DNA of 26,759 nucleotides from a virus (lineage: Duplodnaviria; Caudoviricetes), in IMG/VR virus record IMGVR_UViG_3300030085_001856, positions 1 to 26,759 of that record. One strand, given 5' to 3'. Below, in pieces: positions 9,336-17,748 of the stretch. Both the position numbers and the translations under genes were made by a program. Position 1 is the first letter of the stretch; each line of letters begins with the position of its first letter. The notes under the pieces were generated by a model that searched no databases, had not been told where the DNA came from, and saw nothing but the letters and a program-made list of their open reading frames with translations.

Positions 9336-12257
9336 TCAGGCCCCTTTAAGGAAGCGGACTGCCTTCTTGTAGTGAGCGCCCCCTGGCGATAGCTCGCCTA
9401 GGGCTTTGTTGACTGACGTGCCGTAGGCATCTTTTGTGTTCATGCCATCGCTGCCGTCAGACAATCTGCCGGCTGCATTGCCAATCAACACTGCGGCATA
9501 CATCTCCTTAATTGTGTCGCCAGGCTTGACGCCTCGATCGATTAGGAACTGTGCAGCTGCAGCGGCCTGCTCTTCAAACGGCGTGTTGCGGTTGACGCGG
9601 TAGTTCTTCTGCTCCCAGTCGCCGAACTGAATAAGGCCGATGTAGCCCAGGCTGTTGCGTGCACGCGGGTCAAACGTGCCGCCTGTCTCAAACGACATGA
9701 TTGCGGCCAGCGATGCTGGGTCGACACCAACTCGCTCAGCAGCTTTCAGGATTGCTTGCTGCTTGCTGCCAGGGCTGATGGTTACAGCAGCAGGCGCCTC
9801 TGCGTTGATTGGTGGCAGCGGCGGGGGTTGCATGTCCAAGGTCTGAGCTGAGGCTGGGGCAATGAACAGTGACTGCAGCAAGCCGCCAATGTTGTCGCGG
9901 GCTGCAACCAATTTTGCTTGGGCTGTCGAGGAGTTGATAGACGACACCTGCCTAGGCAAGCTTGCCTTTGTGCCGCGCAACAGCTGCAGAGTCGTTTGCA
10001 TTTGCTCTAGCTGCTCAGCAGTGGCGGGATCATCGGCATACAGCGAAGCTTGTGCAATAGCTTTTTCGTGTTCAGAAATAAGAAAATCAATGGGCTCAAT
10101 ATCTACCTTTGCAAGTTGATTTTTTAAGACGTTGTAGTTGTAACCCTTAGTGTCTTGTCCATAAAACCCTTGCGTCATCCTGACAATAGTGTCGAACTCA
10201 AACGCTCTTTCAGTTCGTGAGCCGTAAACGCGGGCCAGTCGATCAGGAGCCCTGCTGTTCATTAGAGCGCCATTAAGCTGGCGTACATCAATGTTTTCAA
10301 CTGCGCCAGACTGCTTGTTAGTCCTATAGCTTTGGAACTCGACGTCAGTCGTTGCAAACGATTGCGCCCCTTGCAGCAGCCGCAAAGCCTCAGGGTCGAT
10401 TTGCAATGCAGCTGTTCGTTGTTGATACTCAGCAGCGTCAATATTGTTGTTTAGGTAATCTTGCGTAATTTGATTGAATTGCGCTCTGTAGGTAGCCAGG
10501 TGGCCAAGCACAATGCCTCGGTTTTGCGGCGTCAAATAACCTTGCTCCGACCTGGTAGTCACTTGTGCATTTATATTATTTACTTGGTTCTTTAGGTTTA
10601 GCTGAGCTGCTTTAACAGTTGGATCTTCAGAACCGTCAAGCTGCTTAAGCAAAGCAATTTCGTCTCTGGGCCTTAAATTCCCGGCAGCAGCCTCATTGCG
10701 TATTTGCGTTCTCAGCTCTGCGTAAGTTTTAATTCCTTGCCCAATCTCGTCTTGCAAATCAGCTTTTGTTTTGTCAAGCAAAGTGCGATAAAGCGCTTCA
10801 TTGTAGTTTTCAAATTTTTTGTCAAGCTCTTTAATTGCAAGAACTTTTGCTCCAACGCTTAGCTCTGGGTCAGCAGTGATTTGCGCTTTTATGTCGTCAA
10901 GTTGCTTGTATGCTTCTGCTTTAGTTGCGGCTGAGCCCAGCAAGTCCAAGGCTGCATCAGTTTGCTCTTGATACTTTTGCTCTGCAAAAAGTGCATCAGC
11001 TTTGTCTTGCGTGCTTGCACGCTGCACATTGTTCGACTCTTCGCTTTCTTCGGTTTTGACGTCCCAGTCAGCTGCTTGCGTGTAGCGCCACAGCAGAGCC
11101 GTGTTGGCCTTGCCGTTAATGTCGCGTTGGTCTCGTGGGCCAACAAACACGCCTGACTCATTTCCGTCTTTGTCAACTGAATAAAACACTTCCAGCACGT
11201 CATTGATGTTGTGCTGTGCAGCACCAGCCCGCCGTGCGCCTGCCAAGTAATTGCTAAACAGTGCGTCAAGGGCTTTTTTCTGCGCGTCTGCGCTTAGCCC
11301 TAAAAATCGTGGGTCATCAATTAGCGCTTGTACGTCTTCGCGCATAGTCCTAAGGCCAATACGCACGCCTTCTTTGGTTTGAAAATGCTGGAAGCCCAGC
11401 TCGTTCATGCGTTGCGCATGGCTGGTGACATACAGCTGCTCGTCACGCTTGACCTTCTGCGTGTTTTGGCGCGACATGTCGTTAATCGTCGCCTGCTGCA
11501 CGACGCCTGACACCTCCTTGAACTCGGCAGGCGTGAGCTGGACGTCGCCGTAGATGTAGCTGTTCTGCCAGGAGATGTAGCGCGGGTCGTCAGCCGCCAG
11601 GTCGTTGAGGTACAGGTCTGACCCGTCTGCGTTCTGGCCAATGACTGGGTTTCTAGATGCAGCAACACCAAGCGACAGAGCGTTTTGCCGCACACGCAAG
11701 ATGCGTGCCTGACTGTCAATGTGCGGACGGATCCTGTTGGCCCGTGCTTTTAGGTCAGACAGCAGCAGCTCTGCCCTGTTGCGCTCGTCTTCTGTTCTGT
11801 TGGCGTCGTTAGAAACCCGCTCAAGGTTGCGGGTCAGCTCGGCGTAATCAGCAAACGGGCCATAAGCAAAACCTTGTGCCGCCAGCGCCTGGGCGTGCTC
11901 CTTGGCTTCTTCTTCCCGCTGCTTGCCAAACTCAATACCTGCCTCAGTAAGAGTGCCAAGGCTGCTGCTAAATCCACCCAAAGCTTTTGCAAGCTGCCGC
12001 AGGTCGTCGTTCGGCTGCGGCGGTGGAATGTACTGAGGAAACCGGATGCTTTTGAGGCTGTCTTGCCGCTCTGCTTGCAGCACTGCAGCCTGCATTGACG
12101 CTTGTGGCGACAGTGTCGGAGCTTGAATCTCGTCTGCCTGCAATGGCGCAGCAGACCCTTGGCCCGTAGCGACCGGAGCAGTCCGCTGGCTTGATTGCCG
12201 GTTAGTGCTGCCAGTCGACTTGCCGCCGACGAAAAGACCGCGAACAGAGGAAGTCAT
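9336..12257 (-). CDS. Internal virion protein (gp15 position) with C-terminal lytic transglycosylase / lysozyme-fold domain
   Basis: 973 aa and syntenic with gp15. N-terminal LRQLAKALGGFSSSL helix. C-terminal AAERVGVDPASLAAIMSFETGGTFDP..N..GYIGLIQF is an SLT-like catalytic Glu and GLxQ motif. Confidence 0.82.
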   Translation of the reverse strand: MTSSVRGLFVGGKSTGSTNRQSSQRTAPVATGQGSAAPLQADEIQAPTLSPQASMQAAVLQAERQDSLKSIRFPQYIPPPQPNDDLRQLAKALGGFSSSLGTLTEAGIEFGKQREEEAKEHAQALAAQGFAYGPFADYAELTRNLERVSNDANRTEDERNRAELLLSDLKARANRIRPHIDSQARILRVRQNALSLGVAASRNPVIGQNADGSDLYLNDLAADDPRYISWQNSYIYGDVQLTPAEFKEVSGVVQQATINDMSRQNTQKVKRDEQLYVTSHAQRMNELGFQHFQTKEGVRIGLRTMREDVQALIDDPRFLGLSADAQKKALDALFSNYLAGARRAGAAQHNINDVLEVFYSVDKDGNESGVFVGPRDQRDINGKANTALLWRYTQAADWDVKTEESEESNNVQRASTQDKADALFAEQKYQEQTDAALDLLGSAATKAEAYKQLDDIKAQITADPELSVGAKVLAIKELDKKFENYNEALYRTLLDKTKADLQDEIGQGIKTYAELRTQIRNEAAAGNLRPRDEIALLKQLDGSEDPTVKAAQLNLKNQVNNINAQVTTRSEQGYLTPQNRGIVLGHLATYRAQFNQITQDYLNNNIDAAEYQQRTAALQIDPEALRLLQGAQSFATTDVEFQSYRTNKQSGAVENIDVRQLNGALMNSRAPDRLARVYGSRTERAFEFDTIVRMTQGFYGQDTKGYNYNVLKNQLAKVDIEPIDFLISEHEKAIAQASLYADDPATAEQLEQMQTTLQLLRGTKASLPRQVSSINSSTAQAKLVAARDNIGGLLQSLFIAPASAQTLDMQPPPLPPINAEAPAAVTISPGSKQQAILKAAERVGVDPASLAAIMSFETGGTFDPRARNSLGYIGLIQFGDWEQKNYRVNRNTPFEEQAAAAAQFLIDRGVKPGDTIKEMYAAVLIGNAAGRLSDGSDGMNTKDAYGTSVNKALGELSPGGAHYKKAVRFLKGA

Positions 12258-12259
12258 AA

Positions 12260-13048
12260 CTAGAAGTAGTTAATCGGAGACGTGGTCGACAAGTTGTACG
12301 TCGGCGTGGAATACAAGCCACGCCCTGCCAGAGCAGATGATGGAGTAACGCTTGTTGGCGCCGTCGGCCTAATCAAACCTGCTTGTTTCATCTGGCCATA
12401 CGCCGACAAGCCGCTGCTTACGCCGCCAAGTACAGCGCTTGCGCCTTGCAAGATGTACGGCGTGCTGCTTGGCATTGACCGCATTGGCCGCTCAAACGGA
12501 TCAAGAATTGTCTGCTTGAGATACGGCGTTTGGTTGGCAACGCGGTTGGCGTACTCGCCTTGCGCAATCTTCTTGCGTTCTTGCAACTCAAGATTGACAA
12601 ACGCCAAGTTCCGATCTGTGTAGTAGTCGTAGGAAGCCTGCTGCCTGCGGACGTCAGCCAACAGCAAGTCAACGTTTGCGCCGATGCGGCCCTGGGCCCT
12701 GATTTGACCAGCTGCTTGCAGTGCACGCTTTGCAGTTTCTGTTTGCTTTTGCGATGCGGCCTCTCTTTCTTGCAGCTGCCGCACATTTATTTGTGCAATC
12801 TGATTAGCGCGTGTGACCTGCGCCAGCTCAGTGTTGCGACGTATCTCCTCCTCGCGCATTGCCTCGCGCTGGTTTTCCGTCGTCCGCGCTGCAGTTGCTT
12901 GCAGCTGGTCAAACTCGTTTTGCTGCTCCGCCACCATGTTGGCGAACGCGACTTGGTTGCGAGCCTCTTGCTGTGCGGCCGCGGCCTGCATGATGCCTAG
13001 GCCAGCCTGCGCTACGCCAAGAACAATTGGGACGACGACTGAGCACAT
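12260..13048 (-). CDS. Internal virion protein B (T7 gp14-like)
   Basis: 262 aa. Met-Cys start followed by a hydrophobic stretch, Gln/Ala-rich coiled coil and Gly-rich hydrophobic C-terminal segment; follows the gp13-like gene. Confidence 0.75.
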   Translation of the reverse strand: MCSVVVPIVLGVAQAGLGIMQAAAAQQEARNQVAFANMVAEQQNEFDQLQATAARTTENQREAMREEEIRRNTELAQVTRANQIAQINVRQLQEREAASQKQTETAKRALQAAGQIRAQGRIGANVDLLLADVRRQQASYDYYTDRNLAFVNLELQERKKIAQGEYANRVANQTPYLKQTILDPFERPMRSMPSSTPYILQGASAVLGGVSSGLSAYGQMKQAGLIRPTAPTSVTPSSALAGRGLYSTPTYNLSTTSPINYF

Positions 13049-13051
13049 GCT

Positions 13052-13573
13052 TTAGATCCTCACGAACTCGTAGAACAGCCGCTTTTCTGGTCCCCATTCT
13101 GCGTGCTCAGCAACAAAGGTAAAACCCATGTGCTTTATCCAGCGGATGTGAACAGTGTTACGGGCGTCAACCACATTGAACAGCACGCTGTAGTTGCTGA
13201 ACAGTTGCTGCAGTTGTTCCTTTGATTTTCGCAGGAAGGTTCGCCGGTCACGCTTGTCGTCGACCATGCCTTCTGTGCCCAGCATCCACACCCGGCCGCC
13301 GTTGGCTTCAGGAATCACGCCCCACATGCCCATAACGTGGCCATGACGGCTAACCATGGTGCGGCACGGCACGCTGTGCAGAGCGCAGTACAGCAGCATT
13401 TGGTCAGGAGTGCAGCCAGAGCACGCCATGACTTCCGCCACGTCGTTAGCTCGCATGTTGTCTGCCAAGAACCGCAGGTCAGACGGGCGCGATGCTCGTT
13501 GATATGCCTCGCCTAGATCCTCGGCGCCCTGTTCTGCAACCAGCCCTCCCACTCTGCTGATTGCATGCGGCAT
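13052..13573 (-). CDS. gp13-like internal virion protein A, putative GNAT-fold acetyltransferase (start uncertain)
   Basis: NMRANDVAEV, GRVWMLGT and LFNVVDARNTVHIRWIKHMGFTF match the T7 gp13-like family pattern. Lies directly after tail tube B and overlaps it by 61 nt if the ATG at 13573 is used. Confidence 0.78.
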   Translation of the reverse strand: MPHAISRVGGLVAEQGAEDLGEAYQRASRPSDLRFLADNMRANDVAEVMACSGCTPDQMLLYCALHSVPCRTMVSRHGHVMGMWGVIPEANGGRVWMLGTEGMVDDKRDRRTFLRKSKEQLQQLFSNYSVLFNVVDARNTVHIRWIKHMGFTFVAEHAEWGPEKRLFYEFVRI

Positions 13574-15939
13574 GGCATTGGGCTGTCGCTGAATATCTCG
13601 ATCTTAGTGTCTATGTTTCTTGCCATCACTGGCGCACGGAAGCTGGCAGTAGACAGCGAAGCGCTGCCCAGCACTGGGTTGCCGCTGCCAGTTGTTATTC
13701 CGTTGTACGGAAACTTGTTGACGTCACGGCCCTGCGGCGTAATACGAAGTTCAAAAGTAGACGTGTCATCAAAAACCACGGTCCATGTGCGGAGTTGTAG
13801 CCGCGGGCCTGCAGCCACAGACACACCACCACCAGGCGGTTCTTCTTTGACGTATGGCGTCGAGAACTCGTACAGCATTTCGTAGGTCTCGCCTACAAAA
13901 AACTTGGCGTTAGACAGGTCGCCGCGCACAGTGATTGTGCCGTTGCCACCAGAGCCGCCAGTCAGGCTTTCTGCTGTGGGCTCCAGCACTAGGCCGTGAG
14001 CGATCGTGTTGCTTGTTGCCTTGCGGCCGACCAGCACTGTCTTGTTTGCATTGGCAATCGGGTACGGCAACGTAATTGTCGACGTCACACCCAGGCCGCC
14101 AGCGTTGTTGACGGCGACGGTGCAGCTGGCCTCTGTCGTTTTGCGGTCAAGCAGCACCTCAAACTCTGCTGTCGCGTCTACGTTCTCCGGCCGCAGCGAT
14201 GTCTTCTGCAGGTAGACGCCGTCGCTGTACTCGATGACTTGGTACAGGTCGCTGTCCAGCATGGCCGTGCCAACGATCTTGCCGCCGGCATTGATTTCCC
14301 AGTAGCCCCAGGCTGACTGCAACTTGTTGTCGTCTTGGAAGAAAAACTTGTAGAGGTACAGCCGCTGGTATTCGTCAGAGCTGACCATTGCCAGCGCCTC
14401 TTCAGACACTGATGCAGTCAGTGAGATTAGGTTGCTTGGCACAAAGCGGGGCACTGGCGTCGACACTTCTTCCGACAGCGGCACCGGGCCTGATGCGTCA
14501 GGCAGGAAGAACTCACGCAAGCCGCTGTTGTCTGCTCCTTTTGGAATAGCAAGGTAAACAGTTCGGCCAACACCTACTGGGTCAACCGTTTGCACTTGGT
14601 CAAAGGTGGTGATCGCAGTGACTGTCGCTGTCTTTGGCGTCAGTGCTGTGCCGACTGTGGTTGCACCAGTGTCAAGTCTGAACTGGCCGTGAGCACTGAA
14701 CAGCAGCAGCGTGTTGGCAAACGCCAGGCTGCTGGTCAAGAAGTTGATAGACGTGCCGCCGGATGTCAGGTCGATTGGGTCGCTGTCGACCACGGTTTGC
14801 ACAGTCTCTGGGAAAAACCTGTCGTAGTTATCAGCCGCCGACATGATGACGTTTTCGTCCGCCAGAAAGACCAGGCGGTTGCGGAACACGTTGATGTTTT
14901 TTATCTGACTGCCGACAAACGTGGGGTTAGGCGCAGAGGAAAGGTCGCCTGCAATGCGGCCTGACCACTCAAACTGCTTGAACGTAAACGTGTTGTTTGT
15001 GGCCCGCACCAGCACATGCGGCATAGTGGCCCGGTCAAACTGGTACTGAATGTTTGACGCAACAGTTTCGCGCCACACGCCAGGGCCAAACCCGCTGCCA
15101 GCGTTGGCTTCAAACTCAACGTAGTAGTCGTCAAAGCTGGTGGCAGCTGAGCCCTGCACCCTGACTTTGAACCCATGCTCTGCTGATGCAGGCAAGTCGT
15201 TGATGGCAGACACCGTGCCCTTAATCGAGCTGATGTCTGTGCTGCTGCGCGTGTCGCTTGCAGACATGGTGTAGTCAGAGCCGTCGTTCTTCGTGACGCG
15301 GATGACAAAGTCGTTTTGCGTAAACGTGAAACCACTGAGGTTGCTGTCGCCCGCCAGCGAGTTGCGCAGGTTGGTGGCAATGGTGATGGTGCTGAGTGCA
15401 CCTGTTGCGCCAGTGGCGTAGGTCTTGGTGACGCCAGCAACTGTGACGCTGTAGGTCGTTGAGTAGTTGGCAGCCTTGACGAAAATCATTCCCTTCGTGC
15501 CCCAGTTCGTCGACAAGTTCGACGTGTCCATAGCCACCGTCTTCTCGCGGTTGACAATGAACGTGGTGTCAGCAATCGACGCCAGCCGGAACTGCTCTGA
15601 CGGGTTGCCTGTGACGTTCAGGTAGGCAGTGCCGTTAGGCGTAGACACTGTGCGCTCAGTGCCATCCAGGGCAAAGACCTTGATTGATCCGTCGCGAATC
15701 ACCAACAGGTGCTGGATGCTGCCGTCACGGTCCACGATGTGGCAGTACGGCGGGTCGTTTGCGACCGAGCCAGTAAACAACTTGGCGACGTGCTCTGACG
15801 CCGGTCGTTTCTTCAGCCCTTCAACAGGGCTGGGCATGCAGTTGATGACCTGCTCTGCTTGCGATGCCAGTCGCAGCGCAGCCGGTTGCTGGCTGACCCC
15901 GTTAATCAGGTTGGGGATTGAGCTGCTGACGAGTGGCAT
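13513..15939 (-). CDS. gp12: Tail tubular protein B (nozzle)
   Basis: 808 aa. SIPNLINGVSQQP, GLKKRP, TMPHVLVR, W..R.AGD...P.PTFVG, FRNRLVFL and QSAWGYW are gp12 hallmarks. Confidence 0.93.
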   Translation of the reverse strand: MPLVSSSIPNLINGVSQQPAALRLASQAEQVINCMPSPVEGLKKRPASEHVAKLFTGSVANDPPYCHIVDRDGSIQHLLVIRDGSIKVFALDGTERTVSTPNGTAYLNVTGNPSEQFRLASIADTTFIVNREKTVAMDTSNLSTNWGTKGMIFVKAANYSTTYSVTVAGVTKTYATGATGALSTITIATNLRNSLAGDSNLSGFTFTQNDFVIRVTKNDGSDYTMSASDTRSSTDISSIKGTVSAINDLPASAEHGFKVRVQGSAATSFDDYYVEFEANAGSGFGPGVWRETVASNIQYQFDRATMPHVLVRATNNTFTFKQFEWSGRIAGDLSSAPNPTFVGSQIKNINVFRNRLVFLADENVIMSAADNYDRFFPETVQTVVDSDPIDLTSGGTSINFLTSSLAFANTLLLFSAHGQFRLDTGATTVGTALTPKTATVTAITTFDQVQTVDPVGVGRTVYLAIPKGADNSGLREFFLPDASGPVPLSEEVSTPVPRFVPSNLISLTASVSEEALAMVSSDEYQRLYLYKFFFQDDNKLQSAWGYWEINAGGKIVGTAMLDSDLYQVIEYSDGVYLQKTSLRPENVDATAEFEVLLDRKTTEASCTVAVNNAGGLGVTSTITLPYPIANANKTVLVGRKATSNTIAHGLVLEPTAESLTGGSGGNGTITVRGDLSNAKFFVGETYEMLYEFSTPYVKEEPPGGGVSVAAGPRLQLRTWTVVFDDTSTFELRITPQGRDVNKFPYNGITTGSGNPVLGSASLSTASFRAPVMARNIDTKIEIFSDSPMPCRMQSAEWEGWLQNRAPRI

Positions 15940-15941
15940 AA

Positions 15942-16550
15942 CTAGAAGCGCTGCAGGGCACGGCTAGGCAAGTAGGTGTTGAGCACGCTGGTCTGATTGG
16001 GATTGCCACGCAGGAAGTTGTGCTCGCTGCGGGTTGTCTCCTCCTCCAGGAACATGCTCTTTGCCTCTGCCTCCATCGTTAGGTTGATCTTGGTCAGGTC
16101 GGCGCTGCCCAGCAAGGCTTCTTGCAGCTGGCGCCCAGCCTTGATTGCAATGTATTGGTGCGCGTGTTCAGGCAGATCATCCCAGTCCAGCAGCGCAGTC
16201 ACGTCACCCTTGAGATCTTCGGTAAATGTAAACTTGCCTGCCTTCCTGTCATACAGCCGGCTGCCACGCATGGTGACGTCGACGTCTGGGTAGAGAAGTG
16301 GATCGACCACAACGCGGCTGACGTTGGGGCCCATGTCGATTTCGTTGCTGGTGTTGCGGGTCAGGGCCTGTTGCAGCGTGGTGTTAAACGACCAGCCTTC
16401 TGATTGCAGCTTGCGGCTGACGTCGTTGATTGTGTCCTGCGCTTGCTTGGCAGTAGGGAACTGACCCGTAAGAGAGTTGACCGGCGCCTCGCCCATCATC
16501 TGCAGGACGCGGTTCACTGCTTCCAAGAATGTGGTGCGGGCTAGTGCCAT
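15942..16550 (-). CDS. gp11: Tail tubular protein A (gatekeeper)
   Basis: 202 aa. LEAVNRVL..MGEAPVNSL, QSEGWSFNT, RGSRLYD; follows the capsid gene. Confidence 0.93.
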   Translation of the reverse strand: MALARTTFLEAVNRVLQMMGEAPVNSLTGQFPTAKQAQDTINDVSRKLQSEGWSFNTTLQQALTRNTSNEIDMGPNVSRVVVDPLLYPDVDVTMRGSRLYDRKAGKFTFTEDLKGDVTALLDWDDLPEHAHQYIAIKAGRQLQEALLGSADLTKINLTMEAEAKSMFLEEETTRSEHNFLRGNPNQTSVLNTYLPSRALQRF

Positions 16551-16561
16551 TGTTAATTAGC

Positions 16562-16587
16562 AAAGAAAAGAGGGGGCCGAAGCCCCC
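16562..16587 (-). terminator. Intrinsic terminator after the capsid gene (T-phi position)
   Basis: Minus strand reads GGGGGC-TTCG-GCCCCC then TCTTTTCTTT, 7 nt after the capsid stop: a 6-bp GC stem with a UUCG tetraloop. Confidence 0.88.
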
Positions 16588-16594
16588 ATTTAGA

Positions 16595-17560
16595 TCAGGT
16601 GAAAGTGATCTCAATTGCACAATCAGGACGAAGGATTCCCGTCCCCAGTGCCATGCTTCCGACCATAAACGTACCCTGGTAAAGTGCATGAACATCTTGA
16701 CCAGTTTGTTCCATCTTCAGGTCCATCAACTTCACAGTGCCAACTGCTTGCTTGTTGAAAACAAGGCCAACATTGTTAGTGAAGTTAGCAGCGTAGGAGT
16801 TGTTTTCCCCAGTTGCCGCAGACCTGTTGGTGGTAGGCAGGTGGTTGGACATCACAATGTCGATGCCAGCAACACGGAAGACTTTGCCGTCTCCGTATGC
16901 ACCTTGACCGCCCCAATCGCGGTTGATGACGTTGGTTTCTTGCACCAATTTGTAATATTCGCGGGGCGCTAATACGGCCACGCGCGAGTCCGGTGGGACA
17001 TCGTTCTCGTCAAGCTTCTGCGCTGCAGAGAACAGAGCAGTTGCGAGCTGAGCGCCGGTGATGTTTGCCTTTGCGTTAGACGCAGCAGCAATGTTGATTT
17101 GAGTACCGCCGGGCAGATCGGTATTGAAGTTGGTGGCGGTGCGAGCAGCCTTGGCCACCATGGCTGCCACGTTCTTGTCAAACGTGTAGGCCAGGGCATT
17201 GCCCATCTGGGTGCTGTACTGGCTGCGAACGTCGTAATGGTTCTTGGCCTCGTCGATGTCTGCGACAAAGACGTTGCTCACCAGCTTGTCGTCGATCAGC
17301 ACAGTTGCCTCGGCGTGCTTGATGGCGTTGCCAGTCAGCTGAGTGCCGGGGGTGTGATACGAGGTTGAAGACGTACCGATGATTGGGAACTGTGCGCTCT
17401 TGCCGGAGCTGATAGTCCGCACAGTGTGCAGGCTCTCGAACACCGTGCTGCGACGGAAGGCTGACAGCACCTCTCCGGAAAAGACCTTGAGGAAGAGGGC
17501 GTCAAAGCTGGTGCCTGTGTTGTTGACAAGGCCCAGCCGTGAGGCTGTGAAGTTAGCCAT
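16595..17560 (-). CDS. gp10: Major capsid protein
   Basis: 321 aa. ALFLKVFSGEVLSAF, RTISSGKSAQFP, IDDKLVS, YDVRSQYS.QMG.ALA and G.GILRPDCA are T7 gp10-like motifs. Confidence 0.96.
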   Translation of the reverse strand: MANFTASRLGLVNNTGTSFDALFLKVFSGEVLSAFRRSTVFESLHTVRTISSGKSAQFPIIGTSSTSYHTPGTQLTGNAIKHAEATVLIDDKLVSNVFVADIDEAKNHYDVRSQYSTQMGNALAYTFDKNVAAMVAKAARTATNFNTDLPGGTQINIAAASNAKANITGAQLATALFSAAQKLDENDVPPDSRVAVLAPREYYKLVQETNVINRDWGGQGAYGDGKVFRVAGIDIVMSNHLPTTNRSAATGENNSYAANFTNNVGLVFNKQAVGTVKLMDLKMEQTGQDVHALYQGTFMVGSMALGTGILRPDCAIEITFT

Positions 17561-17591
17561 GAGGCTGAAAAGAAAGATTGGGTTGTACCCG

Positions 17592-17642
17592 ACCAGTCTC
17601 CTTGCTCAAAGGGTGTCCTCCGCAGAGGGCCTGTGCGCTAGT
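17592..17642 (-). promoter_or_regulatory. Putative structured RNA leader upstream of the capsid gene
   Basis: Minus strand ACTAG-CGCACAGGC-CCTC-TGCG-GAGG-ACACCCTTTGAGC-AAGGAGA-CTGGT folds by eye into a nested imperfect stem-loop. Function unknown. Confidence 0.45.
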
Positions 17643-17683
17643 TGAGTGTCTAGGTAGACAGATTTTAAGCAGCAACTAAGTCA

Positions 17684-17715
17684 ATAAAAAACCCCTGGTT
17701 GTTCAAGCCAGGGGT
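17684..17715 (-). terminator. Intrinsic terminator between the scaffold and capsid genes
   Basis: Minus strand ACCCCTGG-cttgaacaa-CCAGGGGT followed by TTTTTATT. Confidence 0.78.
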
Positions 17716-17748
17716 CATGTGTGTGAGGCGGGCTCTGAACCCACCCAA

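Noticed and set aside
16384-16695. ORF overlapping the capsid 3' end as a possible T7 10B-style frameshift extension
   Set aside because: I saw no clear slippery heptamer near the capsid stop; the frame crosses the terminator into gp11 and the translation is not protein-like.
17662-17684. Canonical sigma70 promoter TTGACT...TAAAAT upstream of capsid
   Set aside because: The spacer is 11 nt rather than about 17; only a -10-like element can be argued.
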